From Vulcanimicrobiota bacterium (lineage in GTDB: Bacteria > Vulcanimicrobiota > Xenobia > Xenobiales > JADMJV01): 64,000 nt of DNA. The position numbers were made by a program, and so were the translations under genes. The notes under the pieces were generated by a model, which saw nothing but the letters and a program-made list of their open reading frames with translations, made no database searches and was not told the DNA's origin. Shown piece after piece: positions 47,528-56,149 of the stretch (positions are counted from its first letter, which is position 1; each line of letters starts with the position of its first letter). The DNA lies in contig JAEXNA010000221.1 in assembly GCA_023447635.1 (NCBI GenBank), forward strand, positions 4,063 to 68,062, given 5' to 3'.

Positions 47528-48847
47528 TTAGGTGGGAACCTGACTCACAGCACGACCTACACTGTGGTATTGAAAGCCCCGCTCAGCCATGACTTTCGGC
47601 TCAAACAAGTTCCTTCCATCGATAATCAATGGTGCCCTCAACTCCGTACGAACCCTCTCAAAGCTAGGACGCCTAAATTCATTCCATTCTGTCATAATCA
47701 GCAGGGCGTCCGAACCCTTACACGCTTCATAGCTATCCGAGCAAAGGGTGACGCTGCTCCCATACAGTCGGCGAAAGTTGTCCATTGCCTTGGGATCAAA
47801 TGCCCGCACCTCTCCCCCCCTCTCGAGAAGACCATCTATCAAGCGAAGGGCGGGGGCTTCTCTTAAGTCATCCGTTCGCGGCTTAAAGGCGAGTCCCCAC
47901 ACCGAAAAGATCCGCCCAGTGAGGTCCTCTCCGAAGCATGAGACGATCTTGTTCCAGTAGAATTCGAACTGTTTCCTGTTCCCGTCCCAAGCACTTTCCA
48001 CCACCGGCATGTCGCAGCGTGCTTGTTTGGCCGTCCGAAGGAGAGCCCTTACATCCTTCGGCAAGCAGGACCCACCAAACCCCACACCAGGAAAAAGGAA
48101 ACTGCCCCCAATTCTTGGGTCTCGTGAAATCCCAGTCCTCACCTGGTCCACATCAGCACCAACAGCTTCACACAATCTCCCGATCTCGTTTATGAAGCTG
48201 ATCTTCACTGCTAGGAATGCATTCGCGGCGTACTTTGTCATTTCAGCCGAGGGGACATCCATCTCAATCACACGATTGCCCGTTCTCATAAACGGGGCGT
48301 AGAGATCCCTCATTTCATCACGAGCCCTTGAATCTGAAGTTCCGATGACCACGCGATCCGGCTTCAAGAAATCATTGACGGCGTCTCCCTGTTTTAGAAA
48401 CTCCGGATTCGAAACGACCGAAAAGGCGTGGGAAGTCGCACCCGCAATGACTTCAGTCAATTTCGCTCCTGTCCCGACCGGAACCGTACTTTTAGTCGCT
48501 ATTATCCGATACCCGTCCATGGACTCCGCGATCTCTTTCGCCACCGCAAATACACCGGAGAGGTCTGCGGCACCGTCTGCGTCTGCCGGGGTACCGACAG
48601 CGATGAAGCAGATCTTTGAATTCTTTACAGCAGCCTTGAGGTCCCCTGTAAAAGAGAGCCTGCCTTCTCGCACGTTGCTCTCGACGATCTCCTCTAAGCC
48701 AGGCTCATAGAAAGGCATCACCCCGTCCTTCAAGGCAGCTATCCGCCCTGTATCCCTATCGCAACATCTTACAACATTACCCATTTCTGCCAGGCACGCC
48801 CCCGTAACTAAACCAACATACCCTGTGCCGACGATACAAATGTCCAT
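47528..48847 (-). CDS. ugd: UDP-glucose 6-dehydrogenase
   Basis: Start at internal ATG (MDICIVGTGYVGLVTGACLAEMG); catalytic-region GGSCLPKD motif. Confidence 0.8.
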   Translation of the reverse strand: MDICIVGTGYVGLVTGACLAEMGNVVRCCDRDTGRIAALKDGVMPFYEPGLEEIVESNVREGRLSFTGDLKAAVKNSKICFIAVGTPADADGAADLSGVFAVAKEIAESMDGYRIIATKSTVPVGTGAKLTEVIAGATSHAFSVVSNPEFLKQGDAVNDFLKPDRVVIGTSDSRARDEMRDLYAPFMRTGNRVIEMDVPSAEMTKYAANAFLAVKISFINEIGRLCEAVGADVDQVRTGISRDPRIGGSFLFPGVGFGGSCLPKDVRALLRTAKQARCDMPVVESAWDGNRKQFEFYWNKIVSCFGEDLTGRIFSVWGLAFKPRTDDLREAPALRLIDGLLERGGEVRAFDPKAMDNFRRLYGSSVTLCSDSYEACKGSDALLIMTEWNEFRRPSFERVRTELRAPLIIDGRNLFEPKVMAERGFQYHSVGRAVSQVPT

Positions 48848-49055
48848 TCCGGGGGTTGTGAAATAGGCCCAGGAATTACCTTCCTTGAAGAGATGATTAC
48901 CATCCTTGCTAGGAGCGACCCGAACAATGCGTCTGAGCTCGGTTGCTAGCTTGGCGGGTCTGCAGGAAATGTCGAGAACTGCGCCCACATCTACACGAAG
49001 AAATGAGCTTCAAACTTGGCTTTAGCTAAGCCCATCACTCCACGTAGGTTTTCGA

Positions 49056-50924
49056 ATGACGTATCGCCCTGACATCGACGGCTTAAGAGCTATCGCTGTT
49101 CTTTCTGTCCTGTTCTACCACGCCCACCTGTCGTTTCCAGGTGGGTACGTTGGTGTAGACATCTTCTTTGCGATATCGGGGTACCTCATCACCTCACGAA
49201 CTATACCTAGACTTCGCGATGGCGGGTTCTCGGTGATGGATTTTTGGGCACAAAGAATTCGCCGTCTCCTCCCTGCGCTCTCCTTTGTTACTCTTGCCAC
49301 GATAGTTCCAGCTCTTTTTTTTCACCTGCCACAGCACCTGGTGGACCTAGGTGGTGCTCTGATAACGCTGCCTTTGATGTTAGTCAACTGCTATTATTGG
49401 CGAGTGGTAAAGGCAGGGTACTTCGGTGACCCTCCCGAGATAAGACCGCTTTTACATACTTGGTCACTGGGAGTGGAGGAGCAGTTTTACATCCTTTTTC
49501 CACTGTTCCTAGTCTTGGCCTGGAGACGAGGTGGTGAAAGGACCGTATTCAAGGCGGCAGGATTCATTACCGTTATTTCGCTCCTCCTATCGGTCCCGCT
49601 GACCTATTATAAACCTGTCGCCACGTTTTTTACATTGCCGACCCGTGCTTGGGAGTTCACCCTTGGTGGACTTGTTGCACTGCTCCCCAGCCCCCAAGGA
49701 CCCAGGCTCTTGCGAGAGCTTTCCGTTTTAGGCGGCCTCGGTCTTTTGATATACTGTATGTTTTACTTTGATCACTTCACACCGTTTCCCGGAGCTTGGG
49801 CCCTCGTGCCCGTGATAGGGTCTCTCTTGATTATGAAAGGATGCGAAGGCGGAGCCACCAGTGTCGGGACCATCCTCTCCAGCAAACTGCCCGTACATAT
49901 TGGACTAATCTCGTATTCACTATACCTGTGGCACTGGCCCATTCTCGCCTATGCAGACTACTTGTTCTTCTTTCAGAATCCAGGAGGTCGGCTATTGCTG
50001 GTCACTGCGAGTATAATCGCCGGACATCTCTCTTGGCTCTACTTGGAGACCCCGCTGAGGTCTGGACGTCTCTTGCGTTCAAATGCACGGGCTCTCTCTT
50101 TCATGCTGGTCAACGCCGTTACGTTGATCGCAATCGGGTTGGTATTTACAAGCCAGGAGGGCTTTCCGGGTCGCTGGGACCCTGAGACCCTGAAGCAAAG
50201 CAACTTCAAAAATGACACCAGGACTGCACGGTCCGAACCAATCGGGGCCCTCGACGTCAATGAGTATTCGTTTATGCTTTGGGGTGATAGCCACGCCGCG
50301 CATTTCGTTCGGGCACTCGACGACGCGGCAAAACTTCAGGGCATAAAAGGTTATGTCATGACGAATGCGAGTACAGCCCCGCTTCGGCGCTGGAATAGGG
50401 TTGAAGGAACAGTACCTGACAAAGAGTGGCAAGCAACGTGGTTTGAGCAGGGAATAGCAGAAGCTAAGTCCCGGGGTATTAAGCTCATTATTCTATCCGC
50501 CTTTTGGAATAACTACGGATACTCTGACCTTGGGACGAACCTTCGTTCCGCCGTCAAGGAACTCAATGAACACGGGATGACGGTCTACGTTGTGACCGAC
50601 ATCCCTCATTTCGAGCGGCACGTTCACCGCGCTTTACTCCTCGCGAAGTTGAAGGGCGAAGACCACCTCGCGGGAGATGATGTTCTTATGACTCCTATGG
50701 AAACAACCATCGATATCAGAAAAATCGATTTCCAGGGGCTCAACGCTGAACTCATCGACACCCGTAGCATACTCGAACACGGGCCGGGCTCAGCCGTCGT
50801 GAAGGCCAGGGGCGAGATTCTCTACCGAGATGCTGACCATCTGACAGTCGAAGGCGCCCAGCACTGCCTCCCTGCCTTCCAAGGTCTATTTGACGCTCTA
50901 CTTAGGGAAAAAAAATCGAAGTGA
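49056..50924 (+). CDS. acyltransferase family 3 with C-terminal SGNH domain (OafA/OatA-like O-acetyltransferase)
   Basis: MTYRPDIDGLRAIAVLSVLFYHAHLSFPGGYVGVDIFFAISGYLITS; 10-TM N-terminal half plus ~250 aa extracytoplasmic C-terminal domain. Confidence 0.8.
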   Translation: MTYRPDIDGLRAIAVLSVLFYHAHLSFPGGYVGVDIFFAISGYLITSRTIPRLRDGGFSVMDFWAQRIRRLLPALSFVTLATIVPALFFHLPQHLVDLGGALITLPLMLVNCYYWRVVKAGYFGDPPEIRPLLHTWSLGVEEQFYILFPLFLVLAWRRGGERTVFKAAGFITVISLLLSVPLTYYKPVATFFTLPTRAWEFTLGGLVALLPSPQGPRLLRELSVLGGLGLLIYCMFYFDHFTPFPGAWALVPVIGSLLIMKGCEGGATSVGTILSSKLPVHIGLISYSLYLWHWPILAYADYLFFFQNPGGRLLLVTASIIAGHLSWLYLETPLRSGRLLRSNARALSFMLVNAVTLIAIGLVFTSQEGFPGRWDPETLKQSNFKNDTRTARSEPIGALDVNEYSFMLWGDSHAAHFVRALDDAAKLQGIKGYVMTNASTAPLRRWNRVEGTVPDKEWQATWFEQGIAEAKSRGIKLIILSAFWNNYGYSDLGTNLRSAVKELNEHGMTVYVVTDIPHFERHVHRALLLAKLKGEDHLAGDDVLMTPMETTIDIRKIDFQGLNAELIDTRSILEHGPGSAVVKARGEILYRDADHLTVEGAQHCLPAFQGLFDALLREKKSK

Positions 50925-51130
50925 TTGTAGCAAAACTAGAGCCTTCTAGGCATCGACCCTGTCGCGTACTTGGTCGACGTGCTTCAGCGCGTTTCGACGC
51001 CCCCCGCCAGCGAGACCGAGCTCGTGGCTTGGCGTCTACGGAAACTAACCTTTGCTCACCGATCCAACGGGGTCGGCTCTCTCGAAGCCCTAGATGCCAG
51101 CGGCCTGGGCTCTAGCAGCACAGCGTTAGA

Positions 51131-52318
51131 CTAAAAGAACCAGCGGGCCAAGCTCAGGAGATTAAATATGCCCATGCCACCCAAGAATCCGTTTTGTTGC
51201 TCTTTGGTCGGAACATACACCAGATCGCCATCGTAAACAGGAACGGCCGCATCAGCTTTACCCTTCTCGAAGTACTCTTTCAGATTGTACTCCTCTACCT
51301 TGTCACGGTTTGCGGTAACATCAGCAGCGCGAACAACGATGACCTTCTCGATCTTCGACCCGGCAGCAATCCTTGGGGGCAAGATATCAATAAGAGTCTC
51401 GTTTCCTCTAAGCGGCACCGGGCCCGGCTGACTTACAGCACCAAGAACGACGGCCTGCCGAGCAGGTACGACCAAGATATCTCCTTCTTTCAGGTTCTGA
51501 GCCTCCTCCGGCAGCGGCTTTGACGGGGTAGCACTGAGGTCCAGAATCAACGGCTCTGGTAGGGTTGCTCGGATCAGCCGGACCCGGGTCAACGAGGCCT
51601 CCTCCTTCGCACCACCGGCCGCCAGCAGCGCCTGGCGTGGGTCGCCATGAACTCTGCTCACAGCATAAACTCCAGGCTTGGTAACTTCGCCAGTGACACT
51701 GACAGGGGAGCCTGGAAGGACGTACAGCACATCGCCAGACTTCACTTCAGTCAGACCGCCACCAGCTGAAGCCTGAAGGGACACTTCCGTGCGCTCACTG
51801 CCACGCAGCAGCATCGCGGTATCCTTATCGGCTTTCTCGGTAAGTCCACCTGCACGAGCAATTACATCTAGCACCGTCGCTCCCAGTCCCACCTCGAAGG
51901 TGCCTTGCTGGTTAGCCTCTCCGAGAACTGCGACCTGGTGTCTCGCGACCTGGCGCAGACCTAACTTGAACTCTGGCTTCTTCAGTTCTTTGGCTAACCG
52001 CTTCTTAAGATCGGCTCGCAAGTCGCCCAGGGTCCGGTTCGAGGCCTTGACCTCGCCGACCAACGGATGGAAGAAAAAGCCATCTACACGCACCGTGTAA
52101 AGACTCTCCATCTCTGGCAAGGACGAAATATGAAATACTATCTCGTCACCAGCTCTGAGAATATGCTCTTCGCTAAGCAGCGGAACCAGAGCGCCACCAC
52201 TACCGGGAGACGCTGGCGGCGCCACCGGGGGCGAGGCTGGGGCCTGATTCTGAGCCATGGCTTGCGCCCCAAGAAGCAGAATCAAGAACGCGTGAAAGAG
52301 AAGCCGTGCGGTAGACAT
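51131..52318 (-). CDS. polysaccharide export protein (Wza/GumB family)
   Basis: Signal peptide, PES-like region (LRAGDEIVFHISSLPEMESLYTVRVDGFFFHPLVGEVKASNRTLGDLRADL) followed by SLBB-like repeats. Confidence 0.7.
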   Translation of the reverse strand: MSTARLLFHAFLILLLGAQAMAQNQAPASPPVAPPASPGSGGALVPLLSEEHILRAGDEIVFHISSLPEMESLYTVRVDGFFFHPLVGEVKASNRTLGDLRADLKKRLAKELKKPEFKLGLRQVARHQVAVLGEANQQGTFEVGLGATVLDVIARAGGLTEKADKDTAMLLRGSERTEVSLQASAGGGLTEVKSGDVLYVLPGSPVSVTGEVTKPGVYAVSRVHGDPRQALLAAGGAKEEASLTRVRLIRATLPEPLILDLSATPSKPLPEEAQNLKEGDILVVPARQAVVLGAVSQPGPVPLRGNETLIDILPPRIAAGSKIEKVIVVRAADVTANRDKVEEYNLKEYFEKGKADAAVPVYDGDLVYVPTKEQQNGFLGGMGIFNLLSLARWFF

Positions 52319-52461
52319 ATCCAGCTAAAATCCCCCGCGATAATGCCAATGTCCTGCAAATCGCGGTGCGGTCCAGGGGCTGCGAAAATAACCATCCTCA
52401 GCCCACCGTCAGATGCGACCAACCAGGAGAGCGCCACGAAGACGCTAACCACCTCGCGACC

Positions 52462-53142
52462 ATGAATCGGAACAAGGTAAGCCCTCTTCTCTCCATCTCT
52501 ACAGCCCTCGCTCTGACCCTGTCGCTGGAGGGCTGCGGCGATTCCTTCCCGGATCAGGTCTCCGGCCAGCCCGCCGGTGCCGTTCAGGCCATCTCCGACC
52601 CCATCGTCGACATCCTTCGCGACGGGGTCGATGAGTCGCTCGAAGGTGCTGCTCCCGCGGTCGCGGCAGAATATCTCCTAACCTTCAGCGAAACGAGCAA
52701 CGCGGCCACGACTCGCTTCACCCGTAAGCCCTCCAGCGAAATTATCGCCATTCTGCAGCCGAACGCTGCCACCCGCACGTCGTTTCGCCTGAACATCCTC
52801 AACAAGAGTCGGGCCGGCGCCGCCGACTTCCCGTTCCTGGACCTGCAGTTCGGACAAGGCAACTCCCAGCCCCTCGCCGTGGGAACGCGGCTGTCGGCGA
52901 ACTCTAACAGCAGCGGACCGCGAGCCCAGCTGGTCTACGGCGAAACGTTCCAGCCGCCCAGACTCAAGCTGTTCGTCTCCCAGTCAGGCCAGATCACAGT
53001 CACAGGACTCACACCCGGCGCGGGCCAGTCCGGGTCGATCCGGCTGCGCTTCGACAACGTGGTGATGACTCCCCGGGCCAGCGGACCCAACACCGCAAGC
53101 GGCAGCTTTACCGTGAACGGCGAGGCCAGCTTCACCTTCTAG
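52462..53142 (+). CDS. hypothetical lipoprotein
   Basis: MNRNKVSPLLSISTALALTLSLEGCG lipobox. Confidence 0.4.
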   Translation: MNRNKVSPLLSISTALALTLSLEGCGDSFPDQVSGQPAGAVQAISDPIVDILRDGVDESLEGAAPAVAAEYLLTFSETSNAATTRFTRKPSSEIIAILQPNAATRTSFRLNILNKSRAGAADFPFLDLQFGQGNSQPLAVGTRLSANSNSSGPRAQLVYGETFQPPRLKLFVSQSGQITVTGLTPGAGQSGSIRLRFDNVVMTPRASGPNTASGSFTVNGEASFTF

Positions 53143-53170
53143 CCATCCGACCCCGTTCTTGCAGAGAAAA

Positions 53171-53207
53171 GTTTCAGCGCGATCACCTGTAACGCTGCCA
53201 GCTTTTC
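53171..53207 (-). CRISPR. isolated degenerate copy of the 37-bp CRISPR-like repeat
   Basis: GTTTCAGCGCGATCACCTGTAACGCTGCCAGCTTTTC vs consensus GTTTCAACGCGATCACCTGCAACATTGCACCCACTCC: first 24 nt nearly identical, then diverges. Confidence 0.3.
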
Positions 53208-53358
53208 AGGCACAACCGCATCCGCAATGTCATTTGACTCCACGACAACCGCCTCAGGCTCCCAGACGGAGCGACACGAAATACTCTACAGAGACAACTA
53301 AATACTCCACAGCCAGCAGGATGGGTACCTCTTTTAGCGACACTCCCAGTAATCTTTT

Positions 53359-54129
53359 GTGGGGGTATGCATGGCATTACGATCTTTTCTTTTGACTTTT
53401 CTCCTGGGTGTGTCCGCGCTGGCGGCGCCTCTTTCCAACGGGAATTTTGAGCAAGGCAACCTGTCTGGCTGGCAATCAGTGGGAAGGACTGTTGTCGCAT
53501 TTTCAACGGCGGTCTCTAATCCGGGTCTATACTCGGCCGTGCTCTCGACGGACGAAACGATGGGTAACGTACAGGGCGTAGACTTCGACGACATCGAGAC
53601 GGCCCTGGGCCTGACGCCAGGAACCGTCCTAAGCCTGGGCGGCTACAATGCGACGTTCGGGTCAGCGATCTACCGGTCGGTGACCGTCTTGGCCGGCGAG
53701 GCCATCACGTTCGATTCTAGATTTGTGTCGGACGAGCCGGATGGCCCTACAACGCCATATAATGACTTCTCCTTCTTCAGCGTTTCCGGAGGCGGGGCCC
53801 CTGCTCATGTGCAGTTCCTCGGTGACGCCCAGGCGGCATCTTCGATCAACGGGCCAGCATTCCACGGATTTGATCGCAGTACCAACTCTGCCAACGCCTC
53901 CTACACCTTCGCCAACAGCGGGACGTACACGATCGGGTTTGGAGTCTCGAACGTAGAGGACAACTCCGTCGGCTCGGCCCTCGTGGTGGACAACATCGCG
54001 CTCAACGTCCAAAACCCGCAATCCGTGCCCGAGATCGACGCGAGCAGCGCGACGCTGCCTCTCGCGCTCATCTGCTTGATGATGCTTGTCGTTTCCGACC
54101 GCAAGCACAGGGCGACTCGTCTGGCCTAG
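53359..54129 (+). CDS. VPEID-CTERM sorting-signal surface protein (paralogue of 2394..3227)
   Basis: Signal peptide (MALRSFLLTFLLGVSALA); N-terminal NGNFEQGNLSGWQ motif shared with 2394..3227; C-terminus SVPEIDASSATLPLALICLMMLVVSDRKHR. Confidence 0.7.
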   Translation: MGVCMALRSFLLTFLLGVSALAAPLSNGNFEQGNLSGWQSVGRTVVAFSTAVSNPGLYSAVLSTDETMGNVQGVDFDDIETALGLTPGTVLSLGGYNATFGSAIYRSVTVLAGEAITFDSRFVSDEPDGPTTPYNDFSFFSVSGGGAPAHVQFLGDAQAASSINGPAFHGFDRSTNSANASYTFANSGTYTIGFGVSNVEDNSVGSALVVDNIALNVQNPQSVPEIDASSATLPLALICLMMLVVSDRKHRATRLA

Positions 54130-54166
54130 AGCCCCGAACCGCTACCAATTTTTTGAGACAGAACGC

Positions 54167-54201
54167 AAATCGACGTGCCCCAAGGCACGTCGATTTCTTT
54201 T
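54167..54201 (+). terminator. rho-independent terminator (13-bp perfect stem, 4-nt loop, T-tract)
   Basis: AAATCGACGTGCC-ccaa-GGCACGTCGATTT-CTTTT, 38 nt after the VPEID-protein stop. Confidence 0.6.
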
Positions 54202-54282
54202 AGGAACCTATCAAGCGCTTCCACCCGAGACCTTCTCGAGCACCAGAGAGTCGGCCCTGGCCTCGGCTCCGAGGTGCACAGC

Positions 54283-54774
54283 CTACCAGCTTCCGTAGCC
54301 TTCCTGATAGCCGTCGAGCTCGAAGTTGCTATTCTGATAGCCGCCGAAGCCGTCTCCGCCAAAGAACACCTGGCTCGCTCCCCAGTTGGCGTTCCGCCCC
54401 TGCGACACATTCACGAAGGGGTCGAAGCTCGGCGCGAACGTGGCCGGCCCCATCGAGCGTCCCAGCTGGGAAAGCCTTGAGATGTCCGAATCCATCGGAA
54501 ACGCCGGCCCGAAGGCGTCGGCTCCAGCCTGCATCAGTCGCATCTGCGCCGTCAGCTGCTCGAACTGCTGCTGCTGCACCGCCAACATGGTGCACATCTG
54601 ACCCGTGCGCATCTGCTCTTGCTGCGCCGTCAGCCGCTCCATGGTCTGGCGCTGAATGGCCATCTGCAGACGGAAATCCTGAACGGTGGGGGCGGTGGTG
54701 GTCTTCATATCTGTGAACTCTCCTCGTGCGATTTCCCCCATTCTACTCGCCTCCGCGACCACAATCAGTGACAC
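54283..54774 (-). CDS. hypothetical Gln-rich protein (start possibly at MKTTT, ~54708)
   Basis: ORF only; Gln/Met-rich helical region, Gly/aromatic-rich C-terminus; no known motif. Confidence 0.3.
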   Translation of the reverse strand: MSLIVVAEASRMGEIARGEFTDMKTTTAPTVQDFRLQMAIQRQTMERLTAQQEQMRTGQMCTMLAVQQQQFEQLTAQMRLMQAGADAFGPAFPMDSDISRLSQLGRSMGPATFAPSFDPFVNVSQGRNANWGASQVFFGGDGFGGYQNSNFELDGYQEGYGSW

Positions 54775-54819
54775 CTGGCACCGAATCAGGAGACCCTCGT
54801 CACCCGCGCCAACACCAAA

Positions 54820-54980
54820 GTTTCAACGCGATCACCTGCAACATTACACCCATTCCCGCCGCAACGCCTCGCCGGGCCAATGTTTCAACGCGATCACCTG
54901 CAACATTGCACCCACTCCCGCCGCAACGCCTCGCCGAGCCAATGTTTCAACGCGATCACCTGCAACATTGCACCCACTCC
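54820..54980 (-). CRISPR. CRISPR-like mini-array A: 3 x 37-bp repeats with two 25-nt near-identical pseudo-spacers
   Basis: Repeats at 54820-54856, 54882-54918, 54944-54980. Spacers cgccgcaacgcctcgccgGgccaat / ...cgAgccaat differ by 1 nt. On the minus strand the repeat reads GGAGTGGGTGCAATGTTGCAGGTGATCGCGTTGAAAC (ends GTTGAAAC like type I-C/I-G repeats). Confidence 0.55.
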
Positions 54981-55048
54981 AACCGCAGCCCCGCCGGCCG
55001 TCCCTCAACCGGCAACTAGGCCGGGCTCGCCTCGCCCTCCGATAACAG

Positions 55049-55965
55049 ATGGTCTATAATGACGGCATGTCCTCGCACGGTCTTCTCAACGACGTTCTAT
55101 TCAAGATCGTCTTCGGTGGTCGCCAGAGCGAGCCCGTGCTCACGGCGCTCCTCAACGCTCTGCTCGGCTACACGGGCGACGAAAGCATCGTCTCGCTGAC
55201 TATCGCCAACCCCAATCTCGAACGCGAGCACCTAACGGATAAAGGAGCCGTGCTTGACCTTAAGGCGGTCGACGCCGCGGGACGGTGTTCAACATCGAGG
55301 TCCAGCTCGAGCCCGGCGGTCCCCTCGACTATCACCCCAAGCGAACGATCTTCTACACCGCTAAACTGCTCTCCGCACAGATGGAACAAGGTGTCAGCTA
55401 TGCGAATCTGGCCAAGACTGTGCACATCTCGCTGCTCGACTTTCTCCTGTTCAAAGATTCCGAAAAGCTACACAGCGTCTTCGCACTTCGCGAGGCCGAA
55501 CTCGGGTTTCTTCTTTCGGACGTGCTCGAGCTGCACTACATCGAGCTGCCAAAATTCTCTCTGACGAAGCCCCAGGAGCTTCACACCCCATTCGAGCGGT
55601 GGCTTCACATCCTCCGATTCTCCGTTCTCTATCTCGCCCCCGACTCCGACCCCCTGCCCGCTACACTCCAACAGGAAGAAGGTATCTCCATGGCCATAGA
55701 ATCTCTACGGAAAGCTTACGCCCGCGACGATGTCCGCGAGCTGATCGAAGCCCGCGAAAAAGCTCGAATGGATTACGGCAGTGCCATCGCTGAAGCGACC
55801 AGACAGGGCCGCCAAGAGGGCCGTCAAGAGGGACGTCAAGAGGGACGCCAAGAAGGCCACGTCGATGTGGCCCGCAAGATGCTGGCGCTGGGCCTTGACC
55901 GCGCAACCATCCTCCAAACCACCGGGCTAACCGAAGCCCAGCTGGCCGAACTCGCCAAAGGGTAA
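55049..55965 (+). pseudogene. Rpn/YhgA-like PD-(D/E)XK nuclease ('transposase_31' family), disrupted by a -1 frameshift near 55280
   Basis: Frame 1 HGLLNDVLFKIVFG...LDLKAVDAAGR | frame 2 VFNIEVQLEPGGPLDYHPKRTIFYTAKLL...HYIELPKF...QGRQEGRQEGRQEGRQEG...ILQTTGLTEAQLAELAKG. The two halves together form a complete family member; the junction falls in the conserved D..G..NIE(M/V)Q motif. Confidence 0.7.
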
Positions 55966-56149
55966 CTCCCGACGACCGCCCTCTAAAAGGGAAGCCTCGA
56001 GCGGCACAAAGCTTGCTCGAGGCTTCCAGGAGTGGTAGCCAGAGGCGCACCTCTTCAACGGGGCCACATGCTCGCAGAGCACGGGAACGTGGGCGACGAA
56101 CACCCGGGTGGACACCAGGCCACAACCCGATTTTCTCTCCTATCCCTCT

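Noticed and set aside
47528-48988. 486-aa version of the UDP-glucose dehydrogenase ORF
   Set aside because: The first 47 residues precede the canonical MxIxVxGxGYVG N-terminus; internal ATG at 48847 chosen.
54820-54980. Interpretation as a canonical CRISPR array with three acquired spacers
   Set aside because: Spacers are 25 nt, differ by a single base and resemble the repeat itself; better described as a duplicated repeat-pseudo-spacer unit or degenerate mini-array.
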